DNA of 64,000 nucleotides, from the NCBI GenBank assembly GCA_900088475.1, contig FLMG01001436.1:59754-123753 (forward strand), given 5' to 3'. The position numbers and the translations under genes are program-made. The DNA comes from Hyphochytrium catenoides (Eukaryota; Protista; Hyphochytriomycota). The notes under the pieces are model-generated. The model worked only from the letters and a program-made list of their open reading frames with translations. It had not been told where the DNA came from and did not search any database. This document shows positions 1 to 13,219 of this stretch, piece by piece (position 1 is the first letter of the stretch; each line of letters begins with the position of its first letter).

Positions 1-88
1 GAGGACTGACAACACTGCAGTATAAATTGACCGCGCCTCTGTCATAAACGTAACTTCCTCGCTGGTCTTCCATTCTTTCGCCTGCCAG

Positions 89-1317
89 GACTATGCGAAA
101 AACAGATTGCGGACTGGCAAGCTTCAAATATGCCCGGGGACTCCGCTCATCCTTAATGAAGCGGGAATAACATCGGGCCAGGTAGAGCCGCTAAGAAGTG
201 TCCTCGCTTACAGGGTTCATTATTCTCTTGGCTTTCTTAGCGAAAGGAACCATTTCTCTTGCGCTTTTGACATCGGATCACCAGGTGAACGAAACAGGTC
301 TCAGGAATATCCAAGCGTTGAGAGACCTTTGTAGTAACCAGAAGGTGGGCCCTATGCGCCTTTGGCCTTTCCGAAGCTTGTCTAGATCATCATTCTTTAC
401 TACCACTTTTCGTTTACTGATCTATGTGGCCTGTCTCCTCTTTGTGCGATGTCTTTTGTTAACGGAAGTTCTTACGTAATCAACTCACGTTCGTCCAGGT
501 GGAATGTGACTTCACATACTTCCGCAAGCACTTTGAGGCGGATTCACCAACCATTCTGCTTTCCTCTAGAAAGGTATGAAGAGGAAAATATGGTTCTTTT
601 CTCAAATTGTGCATGCTAAAACCTCCACTAGTCTCTGATCCATTCAGACTTGGAGGTCCCTCTATCCAGCTCCAGCTGTCCAACCGCCCCAGCACCTCTC
701 TCTCCGGATATGCTTGCCTCCTTGCGCCTATACCTGTGCGTTATACGTTCTTACTCCTCTACGATTGGAGAAGATGTCTCAGCGGTAGCTCAGGAGTTCT
801 TTGTACAGAGTAGGGCTCAGGACGCGACTCTCTCGGTAAGTAGCAGCAATTAATACTGTTCTGCGTGTCTAGACCCTACCCTATGGGTTAGTCCTGACGC
901 CTCGTCGACTTGTGCCCCCCTATGTAAGTCGTGTCTTTGGCCCTTTCTGGTCCAATTTTTACGGTACTCATGGCTTTGATCCAATCTGTTTCTGGTCCTC
1001 CGTTCAAGTTGTCCAAAGTAGACACTATCTGCGCCATGTGAAGCCATTGCCACTTGTCAATCTGTGACTACCGCTATTCTCAACCTCATCACGCTCCTCT
1101 CTACCGTTAGGGCGATGACCTCCATAGGTGGTTAACTCTAGCCCGCCTCTCTGCCATTTCTCACGGTGTCGAGACCGTTCAATTGTCTCACTGGACAGCT
1201 GTATTGGCTCTTGAAAGAGAGAGAAAAGCAAGAATATCAAGAATCAACCAATCTACCTTTTCCCCACGCTCTCCTTCATCTGTAGCTGAACCAGTTATAA
1301 CTAAGACCGACCTTTAG
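89..1317 (+). CDS. MCMBP: Mini-chromosome maintenance complex-binding protein, 3' part (5' end lies outside the window)
   Basis: Five GT-AG exons splice to DYAKNRLRTGKLQICPGTPLILNEAGITSGQ|VNETGLRNIQALRDLCSNQK|VECDFTYFRKHFEADSPTILLSSRK|SLIHSDLEVP...DATLS|GDDLHRWLTLARLSAISHG...HWTAVLALERERKAR..., ending in TAG at 1315-1317. This matches the MCM-BP C-terminal motifs (DYxxNRLxxGxLQ; DDLHRxLxxARL). Confidence 0.9.
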
Positions 1318-1462
1318 CTTATTCGTTCACACAGGAATGTATGATATGATTGCTTTCACTCTCCTTTAACCCTTGTCCCATAAAGGTGCCCCTATCGACA
1401 CATATGTGTTTCTGGACTTCAAATTCGCTCTTTCCCGACCCCATTGTCTTCACTTTCGCGGT

Positions 1463-4400
1463 TTATCTGGACCTAGTGTTGTCGTTTCTCAAGCCAGCGG
1501 CCGAAGTCTCCGTGTGAGGAGTCTCATCCTCTTCGCTCGGTTCCTCAATCAAAGAGGACATCCTTGCCTGCCAGAGTTGTTAAGTTCCATGGTGGAGAGC
1601 AATGGAAGTTTAGAGTTCCACTACCTGTCCTGCTAACTGCTCCTTGGCCCGGACTTCCACATCTTGGTTGTCTTGTGGGTCTTGACATCTTTCCACGCCC
1701 TTTAATTTGAGCTGCTTACGTGGGCAAGAGATTTCCTTAGTTACCTTACCTCGGGTAGGCCGTACGAGATCTACGTTTATTCTAGACTTCACTTTACCTT
1801 GTCCTGCTGTGCCTCCGGTTCTACCTCCTCTATCACGTTCTCCTTGCGAATTGTCCAACTTCCACCTCTAAAGAGCGGGGATGAGCTGCTAATGTCATAG
1901 CTTCCGCCTGTTACAAGATCTCATCAGGCCAAGCCTCAAGAGATGTAAGAGACTCCACCAAAAGTCAACATTAAGTAAATGGGGCGAAATAACGACCCAG
2001 AGACTAGTATACGACTCAAGAAGAGGGAGAAGTCAGTGTCCATCACCGTAAGAGCCATCCCGAGCTGTGAGGTAACGGTCGCTACCAGTGCCAAATGTAC
2101 CTGTTCCAGGAAGGAAAAGGCCATTAGTGTCAAGATGAAGACATGACAATTGAGAAGCTGCAAGAGAGGTGCCGGCAAATGCTTTCTACGTACTAAAAGT
2201 GAAGGATTCCCATTGGGAAACTTTGCTTGAGAGGGTATCTGAAGGCCTTGAACGCGGAGTACCTGCGGTACAGAGCCAGCACCATATGGATCGTATGGAT
2301 TGAGACAGACAAAAGCATCGAAAGGCCGTTTCTAGAGTTTCTGTGCTTACCAGTGCCTGAGGACAATGTGCCAGCTGTCCACTCCTCCCTTGCAACACGG
2401 TCCTGCCATCGATTATCAGCAAAGCAAAGCATTTGCACAATGCCTCCACTGGCCAGTTAAAGACCGAACTCTACACCATATAGGGGGTCCCTCTAACATA
2501 TTCTAGCGGCTGATGGCCTCTTCTGAGCCGTGTTCCTTCCTCACCTCTCCTCCTAGTTCCGCCTGAGCTTTTTTAGCGTTCCTGCTAAGCAACTCTTCAA
2601 TTCTCGCTGTCACCCGGTCCACTTTCTGACGAAACGAACTGTCGGCGTTCTTCAGCAGCCGGTGCAAATCGCTGTATATCCGGTTTGACCATGGCAGAGT
2701 AGCAAAGCGGGAACACCGGTTAAACGGATGAGGATAACGATGGTTAGACGGATGAGGATAATGATGATGAGTGCTGTCGTGCTCAGAACTAAGGAGATGA
2801 GGACGGACACCCCTTAAGAAGTAACAGAGACAGTTGCTAGTATCTAACGACCAATGGCATCGTTTGTATGGAAGAAAGAGAGGAAGGCTGTCGTTAGTGT
2901 AGGAGAGATGGGTACCATAGTACTGCCGGAACATCCCTTAGCATGTAATTGCTCTCCAAGGCGCTTTTAAACTTCAGTAAACCCTCGTACGAAGTCTTGT
3001 TCCGATCCCAGTAGAGAGAGACAAGAGTGTTGTTGACCTGCGAATTCATTAAGTCAATAACCTTATGTCCGTAGATGAAGCTACTATGGCAAGGTATCCA
3101 ATACAGGGAGGCACTTAGGAGGCGACTAGAGGTTTTATCAAAGGAGTAATCAGTCAATGCAAGAGTCCAGCTCAGAATAGAAGTGGTAAGAGTGCCGAGA
3201 AGGCGACATCTAAGCGGGCCTCTTTTATCATCCTTGCTAGTGTACCAAGACATCAGCAGAACTAAATCAGGAGAGATGTTAAAGAGGGCCCCAGGTAGAA
3301 CGAGAAGAGACAAATAATGTAAGTAGGGCCTTGTACCGGGATGACTTGCCCTAGGGCTTCTGCCAAAGCATCGCCTAGATTATTGCCCGTCAGGTCCAAC
3401 AGCAGAAGAGAGGTGTTCGTGTGCAATGCCTAGGGTGGGGGTAGAGGGAATCGACTGAGAGCTAATCGACCACACGGGAGCATACACTTAACCGGTTTAG
3501 GAAAGGGCAGTGTTTGTCCCCATTAGGTTTCCTTCCCAAGTGAGGGTTAAGTGGGACCGGAGTGCACGCTTACTTGACAGGAGAAGTAGCAAGGACAAAA
3601 CAGGCAAGGCCATTTTGGGCTCTGACCTGTACACTCTGAAGCGCAAAAGCGGGACTGAAAGGAGTGCCGTCAGAGCTAAGATAGAGATGTTTCAACGGTG
3701 GTCCCAGCCCAGTCACGGTGTTGATTGAACAAAGCTTCCGATAAAATGCAGGCGAGGGCTCGCTGGGCCGCTACGTTTTTTGAAAAGGAAGTGGAAGCAG
3801 AGCATCGGGCGAGTATGAAGGACCAGAGCGATAGAAAATACTTAGTAGGAGTATAGGGGCCCCAAGTACGGCATCAATGTAGCTAAACAGGGAGGCTTGA
3901 GGTTGTCACCAAGAGCATCAACAAGTTAGGAAGCTAAAGAGGGACATCCCGCCAATTGTTGGTTAGTCTCGAAGAAGCAGAGAGAGGATGGTTGCAGAGA
4001 CTAAAAGGAGAAAGAGTACCGGCTAAGGATACGCACGGAAACGCCGGTCTGGCAACGAAAGGCTTCCTCCTTTCTTTTTACCTCCTTGAGCTCTTCTGTC
4101 TGCTGTAATGAATCTTCTATCTTTTTGACCACTCCAGATTCTTCATGCCCCTTCAGCAACTTGAACAGGGCAACGCCCGCCCCAGCCTCTGCCTTAGGGT
4201 CCTAGGAGAGAGTATACGTCAGTGTCTCCAAATATTTCTGGCAGTTGCCCTCGTTTTTATCCTGCTTATCTTTCTTTCCTTTCTGTCCCTCTCACGCTCC
4301 ACTCGCTCGTCTGCTATCCACGATCGTACTAGAATTAAGCATGGCTCAAACTCTGAGAGCTTCTTATCAGTTCATGGGAGAGCTGTGGTTGCTTTGTACG

Positions 4401-7400
4401 CCGAATAACAATCTCGTTTTCACAATGCTCTTACTTTCAACGAGAAGGTTGAGGCCGCCCCTCCATTGTTTGAAAGACCAAGAGACTCCAGGGTAGAGCA
4501 GTGACGGAGAGCCTCAAGGATAACCGAAAGCTAAAACAAAGAAGAAGAGGAGGGAGGCAGAGAAAACTTAGTTCGTAACGCAGTGGTGGAGCCCTGATCT
4601 TCTTTCTCTTCTTGGTCGTCGCGGCTGTTCTCAAGCCAAAAAGTCTCTCCACACCGGACCATCATGTCTTTCCTGACGCCACTGCCCTACATACCCTCAC
4701 CCTTCTTCTCTTCGCCAGCGCGGTATCTTGACGAACCTCTGCTTTTATCCCACGCTTCTCCTTACCTTATCATACTTTAGGCCACATCCAATAATGAAGA
4801 ATAGTTTTCTTCTGGCCATAGGGTAACTGAGACAGGAGTATAAGATGGAGAGTTGAAAGATGTTAGAATCACGACAATTTTGCGGTGAGCTTCAACGCCA
4901 AGTGTCACCGGTGGATGATGTGCCACGAATGCTGTTAAGAAGAAGAAAGCTAAGTAATAGGATCAATCGATGCACAGATGAAAGTTGCAGCAGTACTACT
5001 CTTCGAAGAAGGAGGAAACGCAGCTCAGTCCACCCGAAGGGACAAGGAGGGAAGTTGTGCAGTACCGGCGGAGCAGCTTAGCAATGACCTCTCCCTTCGT
5101 GCCTCCGAAGTCACTCTCGGAGAGGTCCAAAGAGGAGAACACCCTGGGGCAGTGGTTGCGATAAAGGCTTTCGAGAAGCTTTTGTAGGGACTAAGAGAAA
5201 ACCCTTGTGGGAAAAAGTGAGGAAGAAGATTGCAATGCAAAATGCCTCACCTGAGTAGAAGGTGCAGTGCCTCTCAACCGTACGTCGGCGAGAGATTCTG
5301 TGGCCTCGAGTACCCGCCCAAGGAGTAGACAAGCTGCATCTGTCAGCTGGTCGCAGAGAGGGATGGAGGGGGAGTACACAGAAATGCATGGTCAACGGCT
5401 TGGGGTGAATGAATAATTGTCACAGAAAAGAGGAGAACGGACTAATCGGTGGAAGAGTGTTACAGCGTAAGATGGAGGCAAGTGGGGAAAGAAGTAGGTC
5501 TGGAGACAGATTTACCTCCAAAGACGTGCCCGACAATACAAGGACTATAAAGGAGATTGGATAGAAGTCGTCTCTAGGCGAAATGTACCTTGTTGAAGGA
5601 AAGGTCCAGGCACTGCAGGGCTGTTCTATGTAGAACCGTGTTGCTCACCAGAGCATCCAGCACCACCTCAGTATTGATCGAAGTCTGGGCCTAGTGGGGA
5701 TGGAGTGAGCACACCCAGGATAGATAGCAGAGAGAGTAGAGAACAATACAAGCGGCGCAGTCGACATGGGGCGAAGCAGCACGACCTCTAAAGAGAGTCT
5801 CCTAATCAAGGCTGTCAAGAAGGCACAGATTTCATCTTGGAACTTTGATGCGGAAAGATCTTTGAACTTCGAGGAAGCGGGAGCAGAAGGAGAAGGCAGT
5901 AGTAAGAAGGGTAAGAGGAGCTGAAGTTTGTTGCTTTCCGTACCAGACTTAGTCTCTGAAGGACGAAAGCTGACCTAATCCATTCTGCCAAAGCTTCTGA
6001 ACCCTCAGGCCCCAAAGGGTTCTGAGAAAGATTGAGCTCCAGGAGAGAGGAAGTCCACTGAGGTGTGGAAACATCCACCAGGAGTATGCACGGTGAAGGC
6101 AAGAGAGAGAGCAATGGTAAGGAAGCTAATAATCTCTAAGCAGAAGCATTGAGCAACTGAGATGCTGATAAGAAGATGCAACGATGAGCAAAAAAAAACA
6201 AAGATTGAGCCGTAGATTACTGACATTCCAACAAGCGTAAGATTATATAAAGACAAGGAGAATAGGAAAGGACAACCTGAGGCGTTTTCAGGGTAGTCAT
6301 CAGAGGAGCAATCTTCTCCCCAGTGAGATTTGACCGCGTCAGGACTAGCCCCTTTGTTCCATGTGGATTGTAAGCCAGGTTGGCGGATAATGTAGACGTA
6401 ACAAGGAGAAGGTACATGGTTTAGTAAAAGCACGGAGGAAGTATGAACAAACAATAAACGAGAGCTGGGATGGAGGGTGAGCTGCACACGCACGTTCGTT
6501 GAAGAGAATATTCGACCTATTCGTGGAAATGTGAGGAACATGTGCCGCTCACGAAGGACAAAAAGCCAATCAGCAGATAACTCCCTTAGCAAAGAAGTCA
6601 AAGACAACTTCCCGGTACTTTCAGCTCTGGCCAACTGATTGGCAGCACTCAGCCTACCTGTAAACCTGGTTCAAAGGTAGAAAGAGCTACAGCAAGATGT
6701 AGAGGAGAGTCCTCTTCTAACGGATTACCCGAGAGGCACAGAGCTCGGAGGCCACGGTGTGTTCCTCTTCCTAAACCTGAAGTCTTTTCGCTGGTTGGCA
6801 GTTTCCTCTCCATCATGGACCTCCGGACATTCAGTTCCATGCTCTGGTCGTCCACTCGTACGTCTTCTTCGTCCTCTAGGCCTTCACACTCAGCTTCGGT
6901 CCAGCTTCCAGATGAGCAGGAGCTACCGTCCATGGATTCTAGCCCTTCCGTATATGAACTCCTACAGACAGCTCGCAGTCAGCGCCAATGCAATGTCGTA
7001 TGCGCCCTCAATCTTAATTATTCACCCCCATTCATTCTTCCTCTCAGGGTCCATCTGAAGACCGTCTGCCCTACTTCTAAGGATCTCTAATCGCGTTCAC
7101 TAATCGGGTTCAGCTCTCCTTTTCCTCCTCCTCGTCACATGCACCGACTAAGTGTACCTCAGCGATAATCTCTCACTCTGTCTTGCAACTTCTTCCTCCA
7201 CAGGCAAAGGGTTGCAGTTTCTGATAGAGCCCTGGGCGACGCCCACCCGCATCAAAGCAGCGAAGACTTCGGACGTGAAGGCAACTCCGGTTAAATATAC
7301 TCTAGCTCAAGGAAGACACCGAACCGAGAAAGAGAAGGTCAGGGAAGGGTCAACTAAGAAAGAGTTACTCTTACAGATCACTGCAAGAAGGAGTGTAACA

Positions 7401-9872
7401 AATTGAAGGAAGATAATAGCAGCAGACACAGGTTATACTAGTAGATGGGGACTACTCGGATTGTAGACCGGGGAAGTAACCACTGTAGACGGACGAGTCA
7501 GGGGCTTAGAGAACAAAGTGAAAATGTCGCCCTTACCTTTCAACAGAGGGGTTCTGGGCTACAAATGTAAAGACACATTTGACGGCCTCGTCACCAAGTC
7601 TAAGATCTCTAAGGATGACACTACGAGAAATGAAGGTGTCAGAGAAGTGTGGCATGCATTTTAGGCAATCACATCATAGATAAAGAACAACATCGCACCC
7701 AACGAACGTCAGCGAAGGAACCCAAGAGCCGATGCTAAAACATTCACAAATAGACCATAAGAGACCCCAGTCAAGAAGGTCTGCGGCCCAAAGATGTGCT
7801 GAACTGAAAGATGATGAGCTAACATAGTAGGCAGAGTGGTCTTAGCAATCAGAATAGACATAGCCGAGGGTGGGTCGGTCATAAGAGGCTACCTTTGGAA
7901 AACGTCTGAGTGCCGGAGAGAACCAAGGAGAGCTCTCACGTCCAGATGACTGCGAGAAACAAGTAAGAATAGCCAAACGAGATGCGGCACCACGGTTGAG
8001 CTCGGAGTACGACTAACGAAAGGTAACAACATAACTTGCAAGACACACAGCAAGGGATAGAGGTGAGGCCAGGCAGGCGTAGCAATGTGTTCAACAGAGA
8101 GAAAGGAGCGAAAAGGAGAGAAGTGTGAGATATGTAAGGACTACAGAGCCATCGGGTTTGATTCCTTTCCCTTACCTAATAGGCGGATCAATACAACGGG
8201 ACAGGATGCTCCATAGATCAAGATCGTGGTTCCTGATTCGTCGACGACACAAAGTAAAGCACTTAAGATGTGTAAAAGAAGAAAATAGTCCCGCAACAGA
8301 ATCTAACGCACTACCCAGCTGACATCAGCCATTACACCATCCCAACCCCAACTTCAGCTCCCGGTCTCTGCGCATCTTACCGTCGCGCAGCTATTGTCTC
8401 TCTATACGAATGAACTCTTATCGATCGCCACTTCTCATTTATAGGATCACTAGACTCGCGCTTCTTCTTTCTTGAAGCTCAGGCAGGGGCCCTATCAACT
8501 CCGCCACTAAATCTTACCGGCATTTGGTCAGTAAGAACGGTTTGATTAGCTCTGCTACACTGACTCGTAAAGGTGCCTTGAACATTGCACAGCAAGCTTC
8601 CTGTAGCACAGCAGGGCAAAACACCCGACACAACAGAAAGAGATAAATCAGAAGACGAAGCTTAGGGCTCCACCCTGTAGGTAGATGAGCTGCAGGGTAA
8701 AGTTTGGCAGTACTAAACGAGACGGCTTATGAGATAGAGTGAATTGAGAAAAAGTGACGGAAAGGAAAGAGGATACGAGAAATAGAGGGCATAGAATGAA
8801 AGAAAGCAGGCACAAAGATTTTGCCTTACATAAGTGTTCAAGAAGCCATTATAGTCATCTAGCATCACTATTTCCTCTTTCCAAGGCAGTTCTGGGGGTA
8901 TATCCACCTATTGAGAAGGGCAATAGAAGAGACAAAGGGATCTGAGGGCACTAAGGGAGGAACAGTGAACTGCCCTAGCACAAACGCTAGGACGCCTTCC
9001 TGGGCTTCTGTCTCTCATTACTGACCTGCAGCCGCTTTTCATCAGGAAAGTTGTGCTGCAGAGATGAGATAGTCTGCTGGAGCAGTCGAATAATAGCTTC
9101 AGCATGCACCGAGCTCTCTAAAACCAGCCTTTGCTTTTGGTCGTAACCAATCTAGGCAAGGCAAAAGAGTGAGGCAGACAACCAAGGTTTTCAGTAAAAG
9201 AGACAGAAAAGGCGTCATCTGGACTGAGCACGCGCATACCAGCCAGATGAAAAAGAAAGAAGGCATCACGGGAGCCAACCCACGCTGGCAAAGAGAGCGA
9301 GTGAGGACACGTGGTTTTGGGCACAGACTGATGCCGCGCGGCCATTAGGTTACCTTAAGGCGGTCCAGATGGATATGATCTACTGCTATCGAATGTACTC
9401 TCAGAAGAGGCACCGCTTTCGAAACCTTGAGACCTAGCAGAGTCTTTTTGACGGTATAGAGCATGTACTTTGAAACCACAAGCAGTCGTGATTGCTGTTT
9501 CTTCTGTCTGAGCTGGCGGACCCATCCTGAGCGGACAAGTAGCCATTAAAACCACTAGTGTCCGTCTCCTGTGCTCTCTCTCCCTTTCGCGCCCTCGCCA
9601 TTCTGTTCCTCTATCGCTGTCTTCTTGTTTCTCTTCTCCCCAGTCCCTGCCTAGCATAAAAACCTCGCTCCATCCACTCAATAGTATGCTTGCAGAGGGC
9701 GCCGCTTCGTTTTACTCACTTACTCGCCATCCGCGGTAAGAAGCTGAAAAGCAAAAGCAAACCTACCACTGAACAGCAAAGCATCATAGGGCGCAAGCCT
9801 GACAATTCTTGCCAAGTAGTTATTGTCTGGGACCGCGGCAGCGGGCTGCAGTCCCTCCTTCCTGTCCTCCAT
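1463..9872 (-). CDS. CARMIL/LRRC16-like PH + leucine-rich-repeat protein (multi-exon; C-terminal exons less certain)
   Basis: ATG at 9872. PH-like region LLFSG|WVRQLRQKKQQSRLLVVSKYMLYTVKK...VPLLRVHSIAVD, linker YNGFLNTY|EACCAMF...HLDVRALLGSLRHSDVFQSVILRD, then RNI-like LRRs (LRALCLSGNPL, LLELNLSQNPLG, LQCLDLSFNKLTD). This order matches CARMIL. Stop placed at TAA 1465-1463 by manual splicing. Confidence 0.68.
2718..2765. repeat. 24-bp tandem duplication
   Basis: ggttaaacggatgaggataacgat followed by ggttagacggatgaggataatgat (2 mismatches), inside the CARMIL-like gene. Confidence 0.85.
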
Positions 9873-10334
9873 GTTCACCTTGGAGGAAGGTCAGCCTAAG
9901 GACATGTTTACGAGCTGCGTAGAGCGTCAATAGTTACCCTAGGAGCCTGTCCTCCCGCCTTATAGCTCTGAAGAGAGGAGAACAAGTACTTGAAAGGCCC
10001 ACCCCGCAGCCTAGCCAAGAAGGGAAGAAAAGCAGAGATCTGAGAGCCAAAGAAAGCAGAGCCCACGATGATCTAGTGTGCAAACAGTGGTTTGCTGTGT
10101 ACAGTCTTCCTCAAGATCTTAGGCGTCTACTTATACAAGGGACATCCGGAAGCGGATTGCATCCTGTGAGGATGCTCAGAGGGATCAGGGGCAGGGTGAG
10201 GAAGAGAATGCATACTATTAGACAAACAGAAAAGGCGATGATTGCGAGAGACTACAGACAGGGTTGTATGGGGAGAGAGGTAGAAAGAGAGACAGACGGG
10301 GATGGAGAAACAGAGCTATGAGATAGAGACAAAG

Positions 10335-10377
10335 TGAGAGAGAGAGAGAGAGAAAGACATCGACAAAACCGAGAGGC

Positions 10378-10413
<36 letters not shown>

Positions 10414-10560
10414 NNNNNNNNNNNNNNNNNNNGAGAGAGAGAGAGAGAGAAAGAGAAAGAGAGAGAGAGAGAAAAAGAGAAAGAGAGAGAGAGGAGGAGC
10501 GAGAGAGAGAGAGAGAGAAGGAGAGAGAGAGAGAGAGATAAAGAGAGAAGAAGAGAGATG
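10335..10560. repeat. (GA)n microsatellite containing an assembly gap (N 10414-10432)
   Basis: Direct inspection. It probably lies in a 5'-UTR intron of the minus-strand CARMIL-like gene (possible donor CAG|GTAGAA near 10742). Confidence 0.95.
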
Positions 10561-10862
10561 CGAATCCTACATCCTTCTATCCCTGAAAATATGTCGGTTT
10601 CAAACACCCACAGATCAAGGATATGATCCTCACAGTGATAACTTGAGTGACAGAGCAATAGATACTGTATGTCGAAAAGGAGAGTGATGTCAGAGGAAGA
10701 ATTTTCATCATCGACATGATTGCTTCAACATAGAGGTTCTACCTGTACGCTCAACAAAAGGCGGGTTTCTGCCTTTCTGCATTCTTTATAAGAATAAGGG
10801 AGCTATGAAGACTTCAACAGGCTTTATTGCTGATCAACTCTTGATGGAGAGATAGCGACGCG

Positions 10863-10924
10863 GCTACTAGGCTAAAGGAAGAGGGCATCCTTTGCTACTA
10901 GGCTAAAGGAAGAGCGCATCCTTG
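10863..10924. repeat. 31-bp tandem duplication upstream of the LONRF-like gene
   Basis: gctactaggctaaaggaagagggcatccttt followed by gctactaggctaaaggaagagcgcatccttg. Confidence 0.9.
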
Positions 10925-11024
10925 ATGCGAAGGTGCGGTAGCTGCAAGCTGGCACAACGTATCTGTTACGAGTCCCTTAGAGCCCATCACCACCAAGCAC
11001 AGGGCCCTGTGAAAGGGGGTTACA

Positions 11025-13179
11025 ATGACTAGCGTCAGCAAACATGATGATGCCGTTCAGGCTGCTTCTGCGACTCCTATAGCGCTGGACGTCATCCGCG
11101 ATGATCTTGAATGCCCGCTTTGCTTCAAGGTGAGCAGTTCGATGCGTTCTAGTCTCCATGACGCTAACCCTTCGTCTGTAGCTCTTCTACCAACCAATCT
11201 GTACTCCATGCGGTAGGCCAATTGTCGCTCTGTGGCGTTGGGTGACCGTGGATTTAACCCTCGATCTCTCTGCAGGTCACACACTGTGCAGGACATGCAT
11301 AAGAAAGGCGGTACAAGCCAAGCAGCAGTGTCCAATCTGTAAGCTTATATCAACGTTGTTACTTGTTGTTGATCTAATAGCTCACGCTGTTCTGTTAGGT
11401 CGGACTCCTTGCCACTCCGACATCAGCGAGGTCTGGTTATTAATGCTGCTTTGGGCCACCATAGTCTTTTCTGACCTGCCTGCCTTTCTGATCTATAGAA
11501 TCCGCCAAACTATCTCCTGGCAAAGCTCATTGGCCAGCTATTTCCTGATGAACAAAAGGCTAGGATTTTAGAGGCACAAGAAGAACAAAAGGAAGAAAAG
11601 TCCAGACAATACCGCTTGTCCATATTTATTCTCAAGATGCTCGTCTTCCCGGGGGAGACTATCAATCTAAGTAGGACACATTTTGGTTCCCTGCCCCTTC
11701 CACCAGCCCCTATATCTCTCTTTCTGCCAACCCACACCATTGCGTGGAAAGATTTTCTTGAAGTGTGCCATTTGAACACCAGTCTAACGATGGAACTAAC
11801 AGACGTTTTCGAGCCGCGCTACCATGTACTTGTCCAGAGGGCTTTGGAGGGTAATCGTCGCTTTGGCATTCACTTCGATGTAAAGTATCAAAAGCGTCTT
11901 AGCCTTCACTTGTCAGGCATTCTTAGCAATTTCCATTTCATCTTCTCTTTGCCCCCATAGGCACCAGTTGGTTCACTTATGGAGATCACTTCTGTAGCTG
12001 CCCTCCGTGATGGTAGAATCCTTCTTAGTGCTCGTTGCATAGGGTAAGCCTGTTCAACCTCAACATGGTGATCTATTAGCAAAGGATGCTAGTCTATTCC
12101 TAACTCGCATGCTGCTAGACGTTACACCGTCGCAGGTCCCGGTGAGGTAGATGAGAGTGCTTATGGGCTGGTCTACTGTCAGGTCCATAATGCTGAAGAC
12201 GAACCCTTGGACTTTGATAATGGTAAGGTGAGGAATCTTGGCGTCAATGCGCTCCTTCAAGCTCGTGGCGGTCTGTCTTGCTCGCTCCCTACTCTACTGC
12301 GCTAGGACTCTATTATGCGGTAAGCCTTTCCCTCCTCCATCTTTCTTGGTGTACCTCTTTCAACGCCCGATGCCCTTTAACCCATGCTGTAACAAGACCA
12401 TTTCTGCTCTTAACCTTCCCAGATACGGCTGCAGTTGAGCGAAGTCAAGAGCTTATGGAAGCCGCTAGAGTGTTATTTGATCATTTTCGGAGCACATTGA
12501 GCCCTAGCGACCTCCAGGAACTGATCGCACGGTATATGGAAACGTTACATCTGACATTTACTCTTCTCCGCCTGCAGCGTTCTTACTCATCATTCCCACA
12601 CTTTGTATCCTTGCTCTTTGGATATCAGTCACGGGCAGGTCAGTCCATCGGCTTCGGCGTCCTCACTAGGGCTTTGGCTGACAACAATTCTTCGCTTGCC
12701 ACACAGAGACAAGGTAAGCGAATTTTCGTTGTCTGGTGTGTGTAGTCTTCCAGAGTGTAACCTTCTCTGGCCCATGCAAAGCTCCGTCTATTTTCCTCGA
12801 TGAATGCCCTTGATCGACTGGAGTTTGTGGTCAACCACATGCGAACCATAAAAGAGCACACGGACAACTCCACTCAAGATGAAACATCGAGAAGTACGTT
12901 CATGCGCAACGTGTTTGTAAGTTAGCGTACGAGCCTCCTTCGCCATTATGCCACCCATCCTGCTCTCTCACAGAGGTGTCCTTCTCCGTTTCTTCATGTG
13001 CTGGGTTCTGTTTCACAGGAGCTGGCCTTTTAAGCAGTCGAGCAGTATTTGACCTAGCTGGTCCCTCTTCACCTGATATTTCGACGCGTACGGTCATTTT
13101 AGTCCTTCTTCTTGCTGCTGTCTACTACTATCTGTTTAACAACTCCGCTTGGCTTCGAGACATTGCCCGATGGCATTAA
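11025..13179 (+). CDS. LONRF: LON peptidase N-terminal domain and RING finger protein (E3 ligase) with hydrophobic C-terminal tail
   Basis: Spliced C3HC4 RING LECPLCFK|LFYQPICTPCG|HTLCRTC...QCPIC|R. LON substrate-binding motifs IFILKMLVFPGETINLNVFEPRY..V.RALEGNRRFG, GSLMEI...LRDGRILL...GRY, and LDRLEF. Confidence 0.88.
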
Positions 13180-13219
13180 TATATAAAGTCTGATGGTATG
13201 AGAGCCCTTTAGTTCCCAA

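Noticed and set aside
4025-4032. Minus-strand GTATCCTT in the CARMIL-like gene
   Set aside because: It is internal to a GT-AG intron that already joins in phase 0 (ELKE|RPSEP), and there is no TCCTTAAC near an acceptor.
10218-10687. RE-rich and LS-rich ORFs (also 37807-38424 and 59362-59675)
   Set aside because: They are translations of GA/CT microsatellites, not proteins.
10863-10924. Short direct repeats as a CRISPR array (also 52199-52264)
   Set aside because: Only two adjacent copies, no spacers, no cas genes, eukaryotic context.
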